Assembly (NCBI GenBank): GCA_039714255.1
Contig: JBDLJQ010000001.1
Coordinates: 13,818 to 77,817, forward strand
Length of the DNA stretch: 64,000 bases
DNA from: Acidobacteriota bacterium
GTDB taxonomy: Bacteria > Acidobacteriota > Aminicenantia > UBA2199
Reading direction: 5' to 3'
In this document: positions 1 through 9,024 of the stretch, piece by piece
Layout: the number at the start of each line of letters is the position of its first letter
Position numbering within the stretch: the stretch's first letter is position 1
Position numbers and translations under genes: made by a program
The notes under the pieces: generated by a model
What the model saw: only the letters and a program-made list of their open reading frames with translations
What the model was told of the DNA's origin: nothing
The model's database searches: none

Positions 1-392
1 TCTATTATTATAATATCATTTCTACCGGCTATTGCGGATATAACACCGAGATTTGTCTGAAAACCTGTCGAGAACATCAGAGCCTCTTCTTTTCCCATAA
101 AATCTGCTATCTTTTCTTCCAGTTTCACATGAAGAGAATATGTACCGTTAAGAAATCGTGAACCGCAGGTTGATGACCCATATTTTTGTACAGCCTCTAT
201 TGTTGATTTTTTTATATCTTCATTGTCAAAGAGTCCAAGATAATTGTTTGAGCCCACCATAAGTATTTTTTCACCGCCCACCCATACATTATCACCTTCG
301 ACTTTTTCAATCTCAGTAAAATAAGGATAAAGCCCTGAGGCTTTTGCATCTTCAACCCTGGTATAATCATAACATTTTTTAAGAATATCCAT
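1..392 (-). CDS. PLP-dependent alpha-oxoamine synthase family acyltransferase (BioF/Kbl/serine palmitoyltransferase-like). Only the N-terminal ~130 aa are present; the gene runs off the left edge.
   Basis: Not in the ORF track because it is truncated. Hand translation of the minus strand from the ATG at 390-392 gives MDILKKCYDYTRVEDAKASGLYPYFTEIEKVEGDNVWVGGEKILMVGSNNYLGL...GSSTCGSRFLNGT...FSTGFQTNLGVISA, the typical N-terminal layout of this family. An AAAGGAG RBS lies just upstream. Confidence 0.7.
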   Translation of the reverse strand, partial: MDILKKCYDYTRVEDAKASGLYPYFTEIEKVEGDNVWVGGEKILMVGSNNYLGLFDNEDIKKSTIEAVQKYGSSTCGSRFLNGTYSLHVKLEEKIADFMGKEEALMFSTGFQTNLGVISAIAGRNDIIII

Positions 393-428
393 TAATTACT
401 CCTTTAAATATAGTAAAGAAAAAACTGA

Positions 429-908
429 TTATCTCTTTTTTAAATTTTTACTCTTTCTCGAGGTAAATCCTGCACTGAACTTCTGGAAGGTTTTTACTGA
501 CCATTTGTCTTTGAAAATAGCTGTAAATATCACTTCCCCGTTTAATCTCTGTTTTCCTGTCAGAGAAGTATCTTTGACCTTGAATCTTATTGATTTTTCT
601 TCCTCATCAAACTTATAAAAAATAAAATTATCTTCCTGGATCGTATTATAATCCAATTCCGCTCCGGTAAAAAAAACCTTGGAGAATTGGATATTCTCAT
701 TTTTATTAAAATTGATCCGGATATCCGGATTTGATGATATTCTTATTCCTTCAGTGGGAATGATCTTTATGGATAACTCTCCCTCCTGGCCCTGTCTGAT
801 CACTTTCGGGTTAACTGATGTCTTCAGCCTTATCAGTTCATCCTGGGATGATTTGTTAAAGCCTGTCAGAGATAATATAATAAGTAAAATAAGAAATATC
901 CTGCTCAT
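429..908 (-). CDS. hypothetical secreted protein (N-terminal signal peptide)
   Basis: 159-aa ORF. Hydrophobic N-terminus MSRIFLILLIILSLTGF. No recognisable catalytic motif. Confidence 0.5.
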   Translation of the reverse strand: MSRIFLILLIILSLTGFNKSSQDELIRLKTSVNPKVIRQGQEGELSIKIIPTEGIRISSNPDIRINFNKNENIQFSKVFFTGAELDYNTIQEDNFIFYKFDEEEKSIRFKVKDTSLTGKQRLNGEVIFTAIFKDKWSVKTFQKFSAGFTSRKSKNLKKR

Positions 909-962
909 AATAATACAATTTTATACTATATTTCAAACAAAATGTCAATGTAAATAGAGGTT

Positions 963-1898
963 TTACCCTTTGGAGAGATGGTCATATCCTTCATGAGATA
1001 TTTCCAGGATCTTCCCTCCTTCCATAATTTTCAAACCTTTTTCTTTAACGATCTTACCGATTATCCGGTATGAGATCTTTTTTTTGCTCAATAATTTTTC
1101 AGATCTTTCATCAATTGTAAAGAGGAGTGCAAAATCTTCACCGCCGGAAAGGACAAACTGTTTTTTATCAAAAGAATATTTTTTACAAATATCCTCCATT
1201 TTTTTAGTGGCCGGGATCTTCTCATAGTGGATCACAGCACCTTTTCCTGAACTTTCCAACAACCTCTTCAGATCAATTATAAGCCCGTCAGAAATATCTA
1301 TCATAGAGCTTACATATCCGTTCAGTTCAAGGCCCTTTACAATTTCAGGTTCTGTTTCTATGTGCTTTTTTGCAAAATAATTATTTTTTATTCCTGCTTT
1401 CAAGAGTTCCAGCCCTATGGCCGACTCACCTGTTATCCTGGAAACACCTACCAGGTCTCCTGTCTCTGCTCCGGACCTCCTGACAGGAGAGGGTGAAGTT
1501 CCTACCATTGTTATGGAGATGAATATTTCAGAAGCTTTGGAATAATCTCCTCCGGCAAGTTCCACATCCCACTTTCTACACCCTTTTTTTATTCCTTTAA
1601 AAAAATCTTTCAGATCAATTTTTCCCGACTCAGAAGGGAAACCCAGCCCCAGGTAGAAATATTCAGGTTTTCCACCCATAGCTGCTATATCACTTATATT
1701 TACCTCAATTGCCTTCAGAGCAATATCTTCCATTGAAAAATAATCCCTGTTAAAATGAATATTTTCTACAAGGATATCTTTTGTAATAAGCTGATATGTA
1801 TCTCCTGTTTTTATTATAGAGGTATCATCACCAATACCAACTCCTCTGGAAAAAGAAAAATCCCTCTTCAGAAATTCTACAAATTCAGTCTCATTCAT
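963..1898 (-). CDS. thiL: thiamine-monophosphate kinase (AIR synthase-related fold)
   Basis: GIGDDTSII near the N-terminus, VENIHF, and NISDIAAMGGKP, which are typical ThiL/PurM-like motifs. Length 311 aa. Overlaps the lon stop by 8 nt. Confidence 0.8.
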   Translation of the reverse strand: MNETEFVEFLKRDFSFSRGVGIGDDTSIIKTGDTYQLITKDILVENIHFNRDYFSMEDIALKAIEVNISDIAAMGGKPEYFYLGLGFPSESGKIDLKDFFKGIKKGCRKWDVELAGGDYSKASEIFISITMVGTSPSPVRRSGAETGDLVGVSRITGESAIGLELLKAGIKNNYFAKKHIETEPEIVKGLELNGYVSSMIDISDGLIIDLKRLLESSGKGAVIHYEKIPATKKMEDICKKYSFDKKQFVLSGGEDFALLFTIDERSEKLLSKKKISYRIIGKIVKEKGLKIMEGGKILEISHEGYDHLSKG

Positions 1899-4278
1899 TA
1901 AACACTTTATCTTTTAAGGCCTCATTTACTGCTTTTTCTATATCTGTTACAAATATAAATTCGATACCTGCAAGATAAATTTCCTTTATATCTTTAAGGT
2001 CTTTTTTATTTTTTTCCGGTAATATTATTTTTTTTATCCCGGCCCTCTTTGCCGCCAGAACTTTCTCTTTAATACCACCCACAGGAAGGACTTTGCCTCT
2101 GAGAGTTATCTCCCCCGTCATGGCAACCTTTCTGTTAACTTTTTTTTCACAAAATACCGATGTAAGAGCTGTGATAAGGGCGACTCCTGCAGAAGGCCCG
2201 TCTTTCGGGATAGCTCCCTCCGGAAGGTGAATATGAATATCATTGTTTTCGAACAATTCTTTTTTTATGGACATTTCATCAACTTTTGATTTCAGAAAGC
2301 TGAGTGCTGCTGAAGCTGACTCCTGCATAATTTTTCCCAATGAACCGGTCAATATTAATTTCCCTTTTCCGGGAATAAGTTTCGTTTCAACAAATAATAT
2401 ATCTCCTCCATAAGGTGTCCAGGCCATACCGGTAGAAACTCCAACCATATCCTCTTCCAGTAGCTGATCCTTGAATAATTTAGGAGGCCCCGTATATTTT
2501 TCAATATTTTTCACTGTAATTTTATATAAGCGTTTCTCTCCTGATGCAACCTTCCTGGCAACCTTTCTGCAAATATTTCCTATTTCTCTCTCAAGATTCC
2601 TTACCCCGGCTTCTCTTGTATTCAGGCTTATAATATTTTTTATGGCTCCGGTAGAAAATTCTATCAAATTTTTATTGAGGCCATTTGATTTGACCTGCCT
2701 GGGTAGGAGATGTCTCTTTGCAATTTCCACTTTTTCCTCTTCCGTATATCCGTGAATGTGAATGATCTCCATCCTGTCCCTGAATGCGGGCTGTATAGGC
2801 TCAAGCATATTTGCCGTTGTAATAAATAACACTTTTGAAAGATCAAAAGGAACCCCAAGATAATGATCCGTGAAAGTATCATTCTGTTCAGGATCAAGGA
2901 CCTCCAGTAACGCTGAGGATGGATCTCCTCTGAAATCTGCACCTATCTTATCAACTTCATCCATCATAAATACAGGATTGTTTGAACTGGCTTTCTTCAA
3001 TTCCTGGATTATTTTCCCTGGTAAAGCACCTATATATGTCCTCCTGTGGCCTCTTATTTCTGCTTCATCCCGTACACCGCCAAGTGATATCCTTACAAAT
3101 TTTTTATTTAACGCCCTTGCGATTGATTTACCCAGAGATGTTTTTCCCACTCCCGGAGGGCCGACAAAACAGAGGATTGGCCCACTTGCTTTTGATGTAA
3201 GTTTCCTCACACTCAAATATTCCAATACCCTCTCTTTTACTTTATCCAGGCCATAGTGGTCCTGGTCAAGGATCTTTTTTGCTCTCTTCATGTTAAGATC
3301 ATCCTTTGTTGATACTTCCCACGGCAGATCCATCATCCAGTCAAGATAATTTCTTACAACTGTACTCTCTGCAGATTCAGGATGCATTTTTCTGAGGCGA
3401 TCAATGTTTTTTTCTATCTCTGCCTTTGCATCCTTGGGTATTTTTATCTCTTCAAGTTTTTTTATATAAGAGTTGATCTCATCCTCATTCTCATCACCTT
3501 CGCCAAGTTCCTTTTTTATTGCTTTTAACTGCTGTCTGAGGAAATATTCTCTCTGATTCTTGTCCATTTCACCCTGTGCTTTTAAATTTATCTGGTTCTG
3601 GATATTCAGCAATTCAAGTTCATAATTTAAAAGGTCATATACTTTTTTTAACCTTGAGATCGAATTTTCCTCTTCAAGTATTGATTGGGAATTCTCAAGT
3701 TTCAGGTCCAGATTGGAAGCTATTATATCTCCCAGCTTCCCCGGTTCACTTATATTCTCCGTAATTACAAATATCTCATTGGGGATCTGTTTGCCCAGTT
3801 TCCCTGTCTGTTCAAATTTTTCTCTGACATTCTTAATGATAGCCTTGTTCTTTATGGTGAGCCGCTTCGGTTCTTTATCCTCTACCAGATCAATTTTTGC
3901 TATTCTTACCTTACCGTCATCATTAATGGTTTTTACTTTTGCTCTTGACAGTCCCTGTGCAAGTACTCTCATCCTTCCGTCCGGTAACTTTAACATTCTT
4001 ACTATCAGTGCAACTGTACCCATTCTGTACATTTCATCAATGGAGGGATCTTCAACCGCTGCATCTTTCTGAGTAAGAAGGAGGATCATCCTGTCACCAT
4101 TCAACGCTTTATCAACAGCTTTTTTTGATTTGACCCTTCCCACATAAAGAGGAACTATCATATAGGGAAATACTACTATATCCCTTAAAACCAGAACCGG
4201 TAGTGAATCCGGTATATCAATTTTTTCCTCATTAATCTGCTTTTTGTTTATTTTTTTTTTATTTTTTTCTTCAGCCAC
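1891..4278 (-). CDS. lon: ATP-dependent Lon protease
   Basis: 795 aa. LON N-domain, Walker A GPPGVGKTS, and the protease serine motif PKDGPSAGVA. Confidence 0.95.
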   Translation of the reverse strand: MAEEKNKKKINKKQINEEKIDIPDSLPVLVLRDIVVFPYMIVPLYVGRVKSKKAVDKALNGDRMILLLTQKDAAVEDPSIDEMYRMGTVALIVRMLKLPDGRMRVLAQGLSRAKVKTINDDGKVRIAKIDLVEDKEPKRLTIKNKAIIKNVREKFEQTGKLGKQIPNEIFVITENISEPGKLGDIIASNLDLKLENSQSILEEENSISRLKKVYDLLNYELELLNIQNQINLKAQGEMDKNQREYFLRQQLKAIKKELGEGDENEDEINSYIKKLEEIKIPKDAKAEIEKNIDRLRKMHPESAESTVVRNYLDWMMDLPWEVSTKDDLNMKRAKKILDQDHYGLDKVKERVLEYLSVRKLTSKASGPILCFVGPPGVGKTSLGKSIARALNKKFVRISLGGVRDEAEIRGHRRTYIGALPGKIIQELKKASSNNPVFMMDEVDKIGADFRGDPSSALLEVLDPEQNDTFTDHYLGVPFDLSKVLFITTANMLEPIQPAFRDRMEIIHIHGYTEEEKVEIAKRHLLPRQVKSNGLNKNLIEFSTGAIKNIISLNTREAGVRNLEREIGNICRKVARKVASGEKRLYKITVKNIEKYTGPPKLFKDQLLEEDMVGVSTGMAWTPYGGDILFVETKLIPGKGKLILTGSLGKIMQESASAALSFLKSKVDEMSIKKELFENNDIHIHLPEGAIPKDGPSAGVALITALTSVFCEKKVNRKVAMTGEITLRGKVLPVGGIKEKVLAAKRAGIKKIILPEKNKKDLKDIKEIYLAGIEFIFVTDIEKAVNEALKDKVFNE

Positions 4279-4288
4279 GATGGACTCC

Positions 4289-4693
4289 TTATTTTATTTT
4301 AACTGAGATTTTTTCTACCAGTTTTTTTTGTATTTCAATAACTAATACACCATTTTCCATAACAGATCTTATTTTTTCACTCTCAATAGGAAAATCGATC
4401 AGGATCTTTTTCTGAAAACTACCAAATTTCCTCTCAAAAAGATAATAATTAATTCCGGTATCCATATACCGGGGTTGTTCTTTTACACCTTTCACAATCA
4501 GTTGTCTGTTATCGGTCAGAACAATTGATATATCATCAATAGGTACACCAGGCAATTCCATTTCAATTATAACAAATTTATCTGTTTCATAAATATTGGT
4601 AAAGGGTTCCCAGTCCTGGTTGGTTCGAATTCCGGCAGGGAATTCTTCTTTATCTTCAATCTCAAAAAACGGATAATTTTTTTTTCCCATCAT
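4289..4693 (-). CDS. Hsp20/alpha-crystallin family small heat-shock protein
   Basis: 134 aa. The alpha-crystallin core pattern (FVIIEMELPGV...GVLVIEI) is consistent with an sHSP, and it sits next to lon. Confidence 0.8.
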   Translation of the reverse strand: MMGKKNYPFFEIEDKEEFPAGIRTNQDWEPFTNIYETDKFVIIEMELPGVPIDDISIVLTDNRQLIVKGVKEQPRYMDTGINYYLFERKFGSFQKKILIDFPIESEKIRSVMENGVLVIEIQKKLVEKISVKIK

Positions 4694-5145
4694 TCCTCCT
4701 TTTTTAAAAGGACATGAAGCTCATTCATAAATTCCTCCAGGCTTCTGAAATCAAAATAAACAGAAGCAAATCTGACATAAGCTACTTTATCAAGTGATTT
4801 CAATCTATCCATAATAAATTCTCCGATCTGCTTTGTGGAAATTTCTTTTTCAGACCCTGATACTTTCTCTTCTACCTGAGTGGATATCTGTTCTATCTGT
4901 TTTCTCGGAACCGGCCTTTTTTCCACAGCTCTGTAAAGCCCTTTTCGTACTTTGTCCAGGTCAAATTCTTCTCTTCTGCCATCTTTTTTTACTACCATTA
5001 ACAAAATACCTTCGATCTTTTCATATGTCGTGAACCTTTTCCCGCACTCCAGACATTCTCTTCGCCTTCTTATATATACTCCATCCTTGCTCTCTCTCGT
5101 CTCAATGACCCGGTCTTCAAAATTATTACAATCAGGACATTTCAT
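4690..5145 (-). CDS. nrdR: transcriptional repressor NrdR (zinc ribbon + ATP-cone)
   Basis: MKCPDCNN...RRRRECLECGKRFTTYE zinc ribbon followed by an ATP-cone. 151 aa. Confidence 0.9.
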   Translation of the reverse strand: MKCPDCNNFEDRVIETRESKDGVYIRRRRECLECGKRFTTYEKIEGILLMVVKKDGRREEFDLDKVRKGLYRAVEKRPVPRKQIEQISTQVEEKVSGSEKEISTKQIGEFIMDRLKSLDKVAYVRFASVYFDFRSLEEFMNELHVLLKKEE

Positions 5146-6196
5146 CTTTCTTCTCTTTTATTTTTTTAATATTTTTTAAGTTAATCCCCTTTGATAACAA
5201 TGCGATCACTCCGGGAATAATAATAACAACAAGGATCAGAACATGAACGAGAAGGGTATATGCAATAGCATCATCCCCGGTTATTATACTTCCTTTATTA
5301 TTTTTATACAGTTCAAGTAATCCTTTTTTTGATGCCAAATCAAAACTCCCCGCCATTGCAGGAGTAGGTATGGCTGCGGCAAAAACAATTATGCTGAAAT
5401 ATGGAATTATCTCAAAAAGGGATAGGGAACTACCAAAAGGAAATCCCTGCATCAGGAACCAGTAGAAAGGGATAAGAAATATCCAAACCAGAGCAGAGGA
5501 TAGAGAAAGTTTAATATAATCTACGAAACCAAGATTTAATTTCAGAGCTCCCATAAAATTTATCAAAAAGTCAACCACTTTTTCCCTGAATTTCATAGGA
5601 ATTAATTTTGACAAGAATCTGATAAATCTTTCAAATAAAGCAGAAATCTTTCCGGTATTTATAAGGAAAAAAGAGGCAAACACAATCAACACAACAGGGA
5701 GAAAAATAGAAGCACCTTTTTTAAGCTGCACTAACAATGGGGAACTATCACCTTTCATGAAGGAAAGTGAGACAAAAAATAAAAGCAGGACCACCAGGAA
5801 GTCTATCATCCTCTCAAGAACAACAGTTGCAAGTCCATGGCTTCTTTTCACAGATTCCTCATCCGCGATCATAATCCCGCGTGCAGGTTCGCCAATCCTG
5901 CCGGGAATAATTGTATTTATAAGAAAACCGATCACAGTATAATTATATAAAGTTAAAAGCGATATTTTCTTTTTATAAGGCCTGAACAGAATACCCCACC
6001 TGTATCCCCGTATAAAAAATTGAAGGAAAAGGCCAATCAAAAAGACCAACGGATAAATAAAGTTAACTCTTGATAATAATTTCCACACATTGGCAAGGTC
6101 CACATTGTTGAGAAATACATAAAGAAGAAAAATAACAACAATCAGTACCAAAATGATTTTTATATATTTCATTGGCAAAATATAGTATTTTTTCAC
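5132..6196 (-). CDS. flippase-like / lysylphosphatidylglycerol-synthase TM-region family (UPF0104) integral membrane protein
   Basis: 354 aa with multiple TM segments. Contains the RGYRW and PGRIGEP motifs typical of UPF0104. The start could be the second Met (MKYIK). Confidence 0.6.
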   Translation of the reverse strand: MKKYYILPMKYIKIILVLIVVIFLLYVFLNNVDLANVWKLLSRVNFIYPLVFLIGLFLQFFIRGYRWGILFRPYKKKISLLTLYNYTVIGFLINTIIPGRIGEPARGIMIADEESVKRSHGLATVVLERMIDFLVVLLLFFVSLSFMKGDSSPLLVQLKKGASIFLPVVLIVFASFFLINTGKISALFERFIRFLSKLIPMKFREKVVDFLINFMGALKLNLGFVDYIKLSLSSALVWIFLIPFYWFLMQGFPFGSSLSLFEIIPYFSIIVFAAAIPTPAMAGSFDLASKKGLLELYKNNKGSIITGDDAIAYTLLVHVLILVVIIIPGVIALLSKGINLKNIKKIKEKKDEMS

Positions 6197-6251
6197 TTTA
6201 AAGTCAATAAATTTAAATATAACTTAATTAGTTAAAAAATATTTAAAACAG

Positions 6252-6280
6252 TTGACAAAATGTTAAAAAATACTTATATT
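6252..6280 (+). promoter_or_regulatory. sigma70-like promoter (TTGACA-17 nt-TATATT) for the Rrf2 gene, implying a leaderless or near-leaderless mRNA
   Basis: TTGACA at 6252-6257, exactly 17 nt of spacer, then TATATT at 6275-6280. The ATG is at 6289, only 8 nt after the -10 element, and there is no SD. Confidence 0.4.
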
Positions 6281-6288
6281 TTAAGCTC

Positions 6289-6693
6289 ATGAAGATAAAT
6301 ACAAAGATAAGATACGGCCTTAGGATGCTGGTTCTTCTTGCTGAAAAGGGAGAAGTGGTCAACACAGAGATTCTCGGCAAGAAGATGCTGGTATCTCCGA
6401 AATATCTCAGAAAACTAGCCGGCCCAATGGAAAGATCAGGATTAATAACAAGTATCCAGGGAAAATATGGGGGCTACAAACTCAACAAAAAGCCTGAAGA
6501 AATATTCATATCCTCTATTTTCGAATCCTATGATGAGTCATTGAAAATATCAGGATGTTCAAGGGAGTCAGGATGCCCTCTGGGGGATGAATGTGTAACC
6601 GCCGATGTGTGGTCTCATTTTGAGGATCTTGTAAAAAAAGAGTTCTTCAAGATTTCGATTAAAAATATACTAAAACACGATTTCAAACATTGA
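6289..6693 (+). CDS. Rrf2 family transcriptional regulator (IscR/NsrR-like, three C-terminal Cys)
   Basis: MKINTKIRYGLRMLVLLA is the typical Rrf2 N-terminal wHTH. Cys ligand candidates in GCSRESGCPLGDEC. Confidence 0.85.
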   Translation: MKINTKIRYGLRMLVLLAEKGEVVNTEILGKKMLVSPKYLRKLAGPMERSGLITSIQGKYGGYKLNKKPEEIFISSIFESYDESLKISGCSRESGCPLGDECVTADVWSHFEDLVKKEFFKISIKNILKHDFKH

Positions 6694-6705
6694 TCCCGGC
6701 AAAGA

Positions 6706-7197
6706 TCATTTTCTCTTTTTTAAAAAATCTGATATAGATTTTGGTATCTGGGAAGATACATCATTCATAACACCTGTTATTTCCCTGACCTTGACCAGGA
6801 TATCATCTTCTCCTGCCCAATATGATTTTACTTTACCGACAAGTTTTTCGTCACCACTGTTAATAATCTTATTTAAAATAATTACAGTTATCAAAAGGTC
6901 ATCAATCAAGCCTGCAACAGGTATAAAATCCGGAATGATATCTATAGGGGATATCAGATAGGCAAAACCCATAACAATAAATCCCTTTATTCTGGGAGGT
7001 ACCTCTCTATCAGAAAAAAGCTTTATAAGGAGATGGACAAGATCGGGAAAAACAAGGAGATACTGAAGAAAATTATCAGTCCATTTTCCTGTTTTCTTAT
7101 CCAGTTTACCACTCTTAAACCAGCTTAAAATTTTCTTTCTGATCCTGTGGTAAAAATCATCAAAACTTCCCTTTTTTGAAACTGATAGCTTATCCAT
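6706..7197 (-). CDS. DUF1232 (YkvA-like) membrane protein
   Basis: Characteristic ISPIDIIPDFIPVAGLIDDL motif. Confidence 0.7.
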   Translation of the reverse strand: MDKLSVSKKGSFDDFYHRIRKKILSWFKSGKLDKKTGKWTDNFLQYLLVFPDLVHLLIKLFSDREVPPRIKGFIVMGFAYLISPIDIIPDFIPVAGLIDDLLITVIILNKIINSGDEKLVGKVKSYWAGEDDILVKVREITGVMNDVSSQIPKSISDFLKKRK

Positions 7198-7266
7198 TTT
7201 TTATCCCCTTTAAATTATAACGTCAAACAAAGAGAACTTCTACTTCAAACAGTAAAACTGCAGGAA

Positions 7267-8520
7267 TTATTTTTCCAGTTCTTCGAGTTCTTTCAGATAA
7301 TCTTCCCTCTTTTTCCTCTTTATATAAATATCTTTGAACATTTTATTATATTCATTGTTCTTCTTTACATACTCATCGCTTTTTGAGGGGTCAACCTTTA
7401 TCATCTCTCTCCAGAGAAGTCCCATATATGAGTAAGGGTTAGGATATTCGGGAGAAAGTTCAATTGCTTTATTCAGAGACTTAAAGCCAAATTCAATTGC
7501 TTCCCGTCTATCTTTTGCAGGAAGGATATCTTCATCCACCGGTGTCTGGTAACTTTTGTTCCATGCAACAACACCAAGAGAATAATAAGCTTCTGCCAAT
7601 TTCAATTTTTCTTCATCACTCTTTTCGTTCAATTTTGCTTCAACTACTGCAACGGCTTCATTCATTTCAGTTTCTTTTGCTTTTATCTGATTTATTGCTT
7701 CTTCCATAGTGGGGAAATTTTCCAGTTCTTTCCTCTTTTCTGAGGTAAGCTGCTTTCTGGTCTCAGCCGGGATCGCTTTATTCTTTTCAACATTTGTTAT
7801 ATATTTATTAATATCACTTATTCTTGTTATATCTGCTTTTATCTTGTCTATATCCTTGAAATAATCAAGCAGGCTGTTATCTATCATAGAGAATATTCTC
7901 TTTTTGTGAGCATCTACTGCTTTATCCCACATTCTGTAATTCTGAAGATAAACTGCAAAATAGTGATAGGCAGAAGGATCTTTGGGATCAAGTTCTATCC
8001 TCTTTTCATACATCTCTTCAGCTTTGATATATTTACCATTCTGGGAATAAAAATTAGCCAGAGTATAATAGGCTTTCGGATCATCTGATGATTTCTCCAG
8101 AATCTTAAGAAAATATTTCTCCGCTTCGTCAAAGTTACCAAGCTTATCATACATACTGCCCAGAGCAATAATTACATTATCCTGTTCAGGAAAAGCTTCT
8201 TCCGCTTTCAGCAGAAACTTAATTGAATTCTCGCTGTATGCTTTATTTCTTTCTGTATCTTTGCCCGGTTTATATAGAGAACTATAACATGTTCCAAGAT
8301 AAAGGTATGCTACTTTAAGATCCGGATTTTTTTCAAGAGCTTTTTCATATTCCTCTGAAGCTTTCCTGAATTTTTCCTGTGTATAAAGTTTGTTACCCTC
8401 TTTAAGATGTTTATTTGCACTTAAATTGGAAACTTTTAATTTCTGGCAACCAGTCAAATTTAACAAGAAAAATACTGCCAGTGTGAGAACTAAAAATGAG
8501 AGTAATAATTTTTTCATCAT
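7267..8520 (-). CDS. TPR-repeat lipoprotein
   Basis: Signal peptide with lipobox LNLTGC. Repeated A..Y..LG..Y TPR-like units. Confidence 0.75.
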   Translation of the reverse strand: MMKKLLLSFLVLTLAVFFLLNLTGCQKLKVSNLSANKHLKEGNKLYTQEKFRKASEEYEKALEKNPDLKVAYLYLGTCYSSLYKPGKDTERNKAYSENSIKFLLKAEEAFPEQDNVIIALGSMYDKLGNFDEAEKYFLKILEKSSDDPKAYYTLANFYSQNGKYIKAEEMYEKRIELDPKDPSAYHYFAVYLQNYRMWDKAVDAHKKRIFSMIDNSLLDYFKDIDKIKADITRISDINKYITNVEKNKAIPAETRKQLTSEKRKELENFPTMEEAINQIKAKETEMNEAVAVVEAKLNEKSDEEKLKLAEAYYSLGVVAWNKSYQTPVDEDILPAKDRREAIEFGFKSLNKAIELSPEYPNPYSYMGLLWREMIKVDPSKSDEYVKKNNEYNKMFKDIYIKRKKREDYLKELEELEK

Positions 8521-8629
8521 ACCTCCTCAAAGTGTAAAATATAGTTTAATACTTAATAAATGTCAAGCAATTTAAAAAATATATATAGAGCTAAATGCAA
8601 ATGAAGATCCTGGCGTCATTTGATCACGA

Positions 8630-8974
8630 TTATTTCACCCTGTAGAACCACATGAGAAATAACCACAGGTCCTGAATATAAGGGATTAGCTTGTTATTCA
8701 GATAAATTTTTGTGGTTTCCTGCTCTTTGACAAGTTCAAACAACTCATAGAGAGCATCCACCTCTTCCGGAAAATAACTGACATATACCTTATAGAATTC
8801 ACCTTCACCTTCATCCATGAAAGTGGGATTTTTTTTGGCAAGTTCCACAGCCTTTTCATATTTTTTTGACAAATGCTTCTGGAACCTGATAGTGATCTTA
8901 AATTCTTTATTACTCTTTTTAGGATTAAGTATATTTGACAGCTTTTCCTCTTCGATCTTTGTTCTTGCATCCAT
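8630..8974 (-). CDS. hypothetical protein
   Basis: ORF 8630..9010. The more likely start is the internal Met (MDARTKIEE) at 8974. No recognisable domain. Lies downstream of the helicase gene. Confidence 0.35.
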   Translation of the reverse strand: MDARTKIEEEKLSNILNPKKSNKEFKITIRFQKHLSKKYEKAVELAKKNPTFMDEGEGEFYKVYVSYFPEEVDALYELFELVKEQETTKIYLNNKLIPYIQDLWLFLMWFYRVK

Positions 8975-9024
8975 AGTAAAATTATAATACAGAAACCATA
9001 TAACTATCAAGTAGAGATACTAAT

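Noticed and set aside
2471-4072. Multiple + strand ORFs (2471..2755, 2870..3256, 2982..3200, 3576..3764, 3685..3948, 3713..4072) and the - strand ORF 2664..2942
   Set aside because: All are shadow or out-of-frame ORFs inside the clearly real lon gene, with low-complexity, Ser/Leu/Phe-rich translations. The same reasoning applies to the other short track ORFs nested in long annotated genes. Examples are 9338..9652, 17129..17464, 18712..19104, 25714..26212, 31313..32144, 46635..47039, 48102..48572, 53387..53695, 54224..54523, 56911..57276 and 63338..63748.
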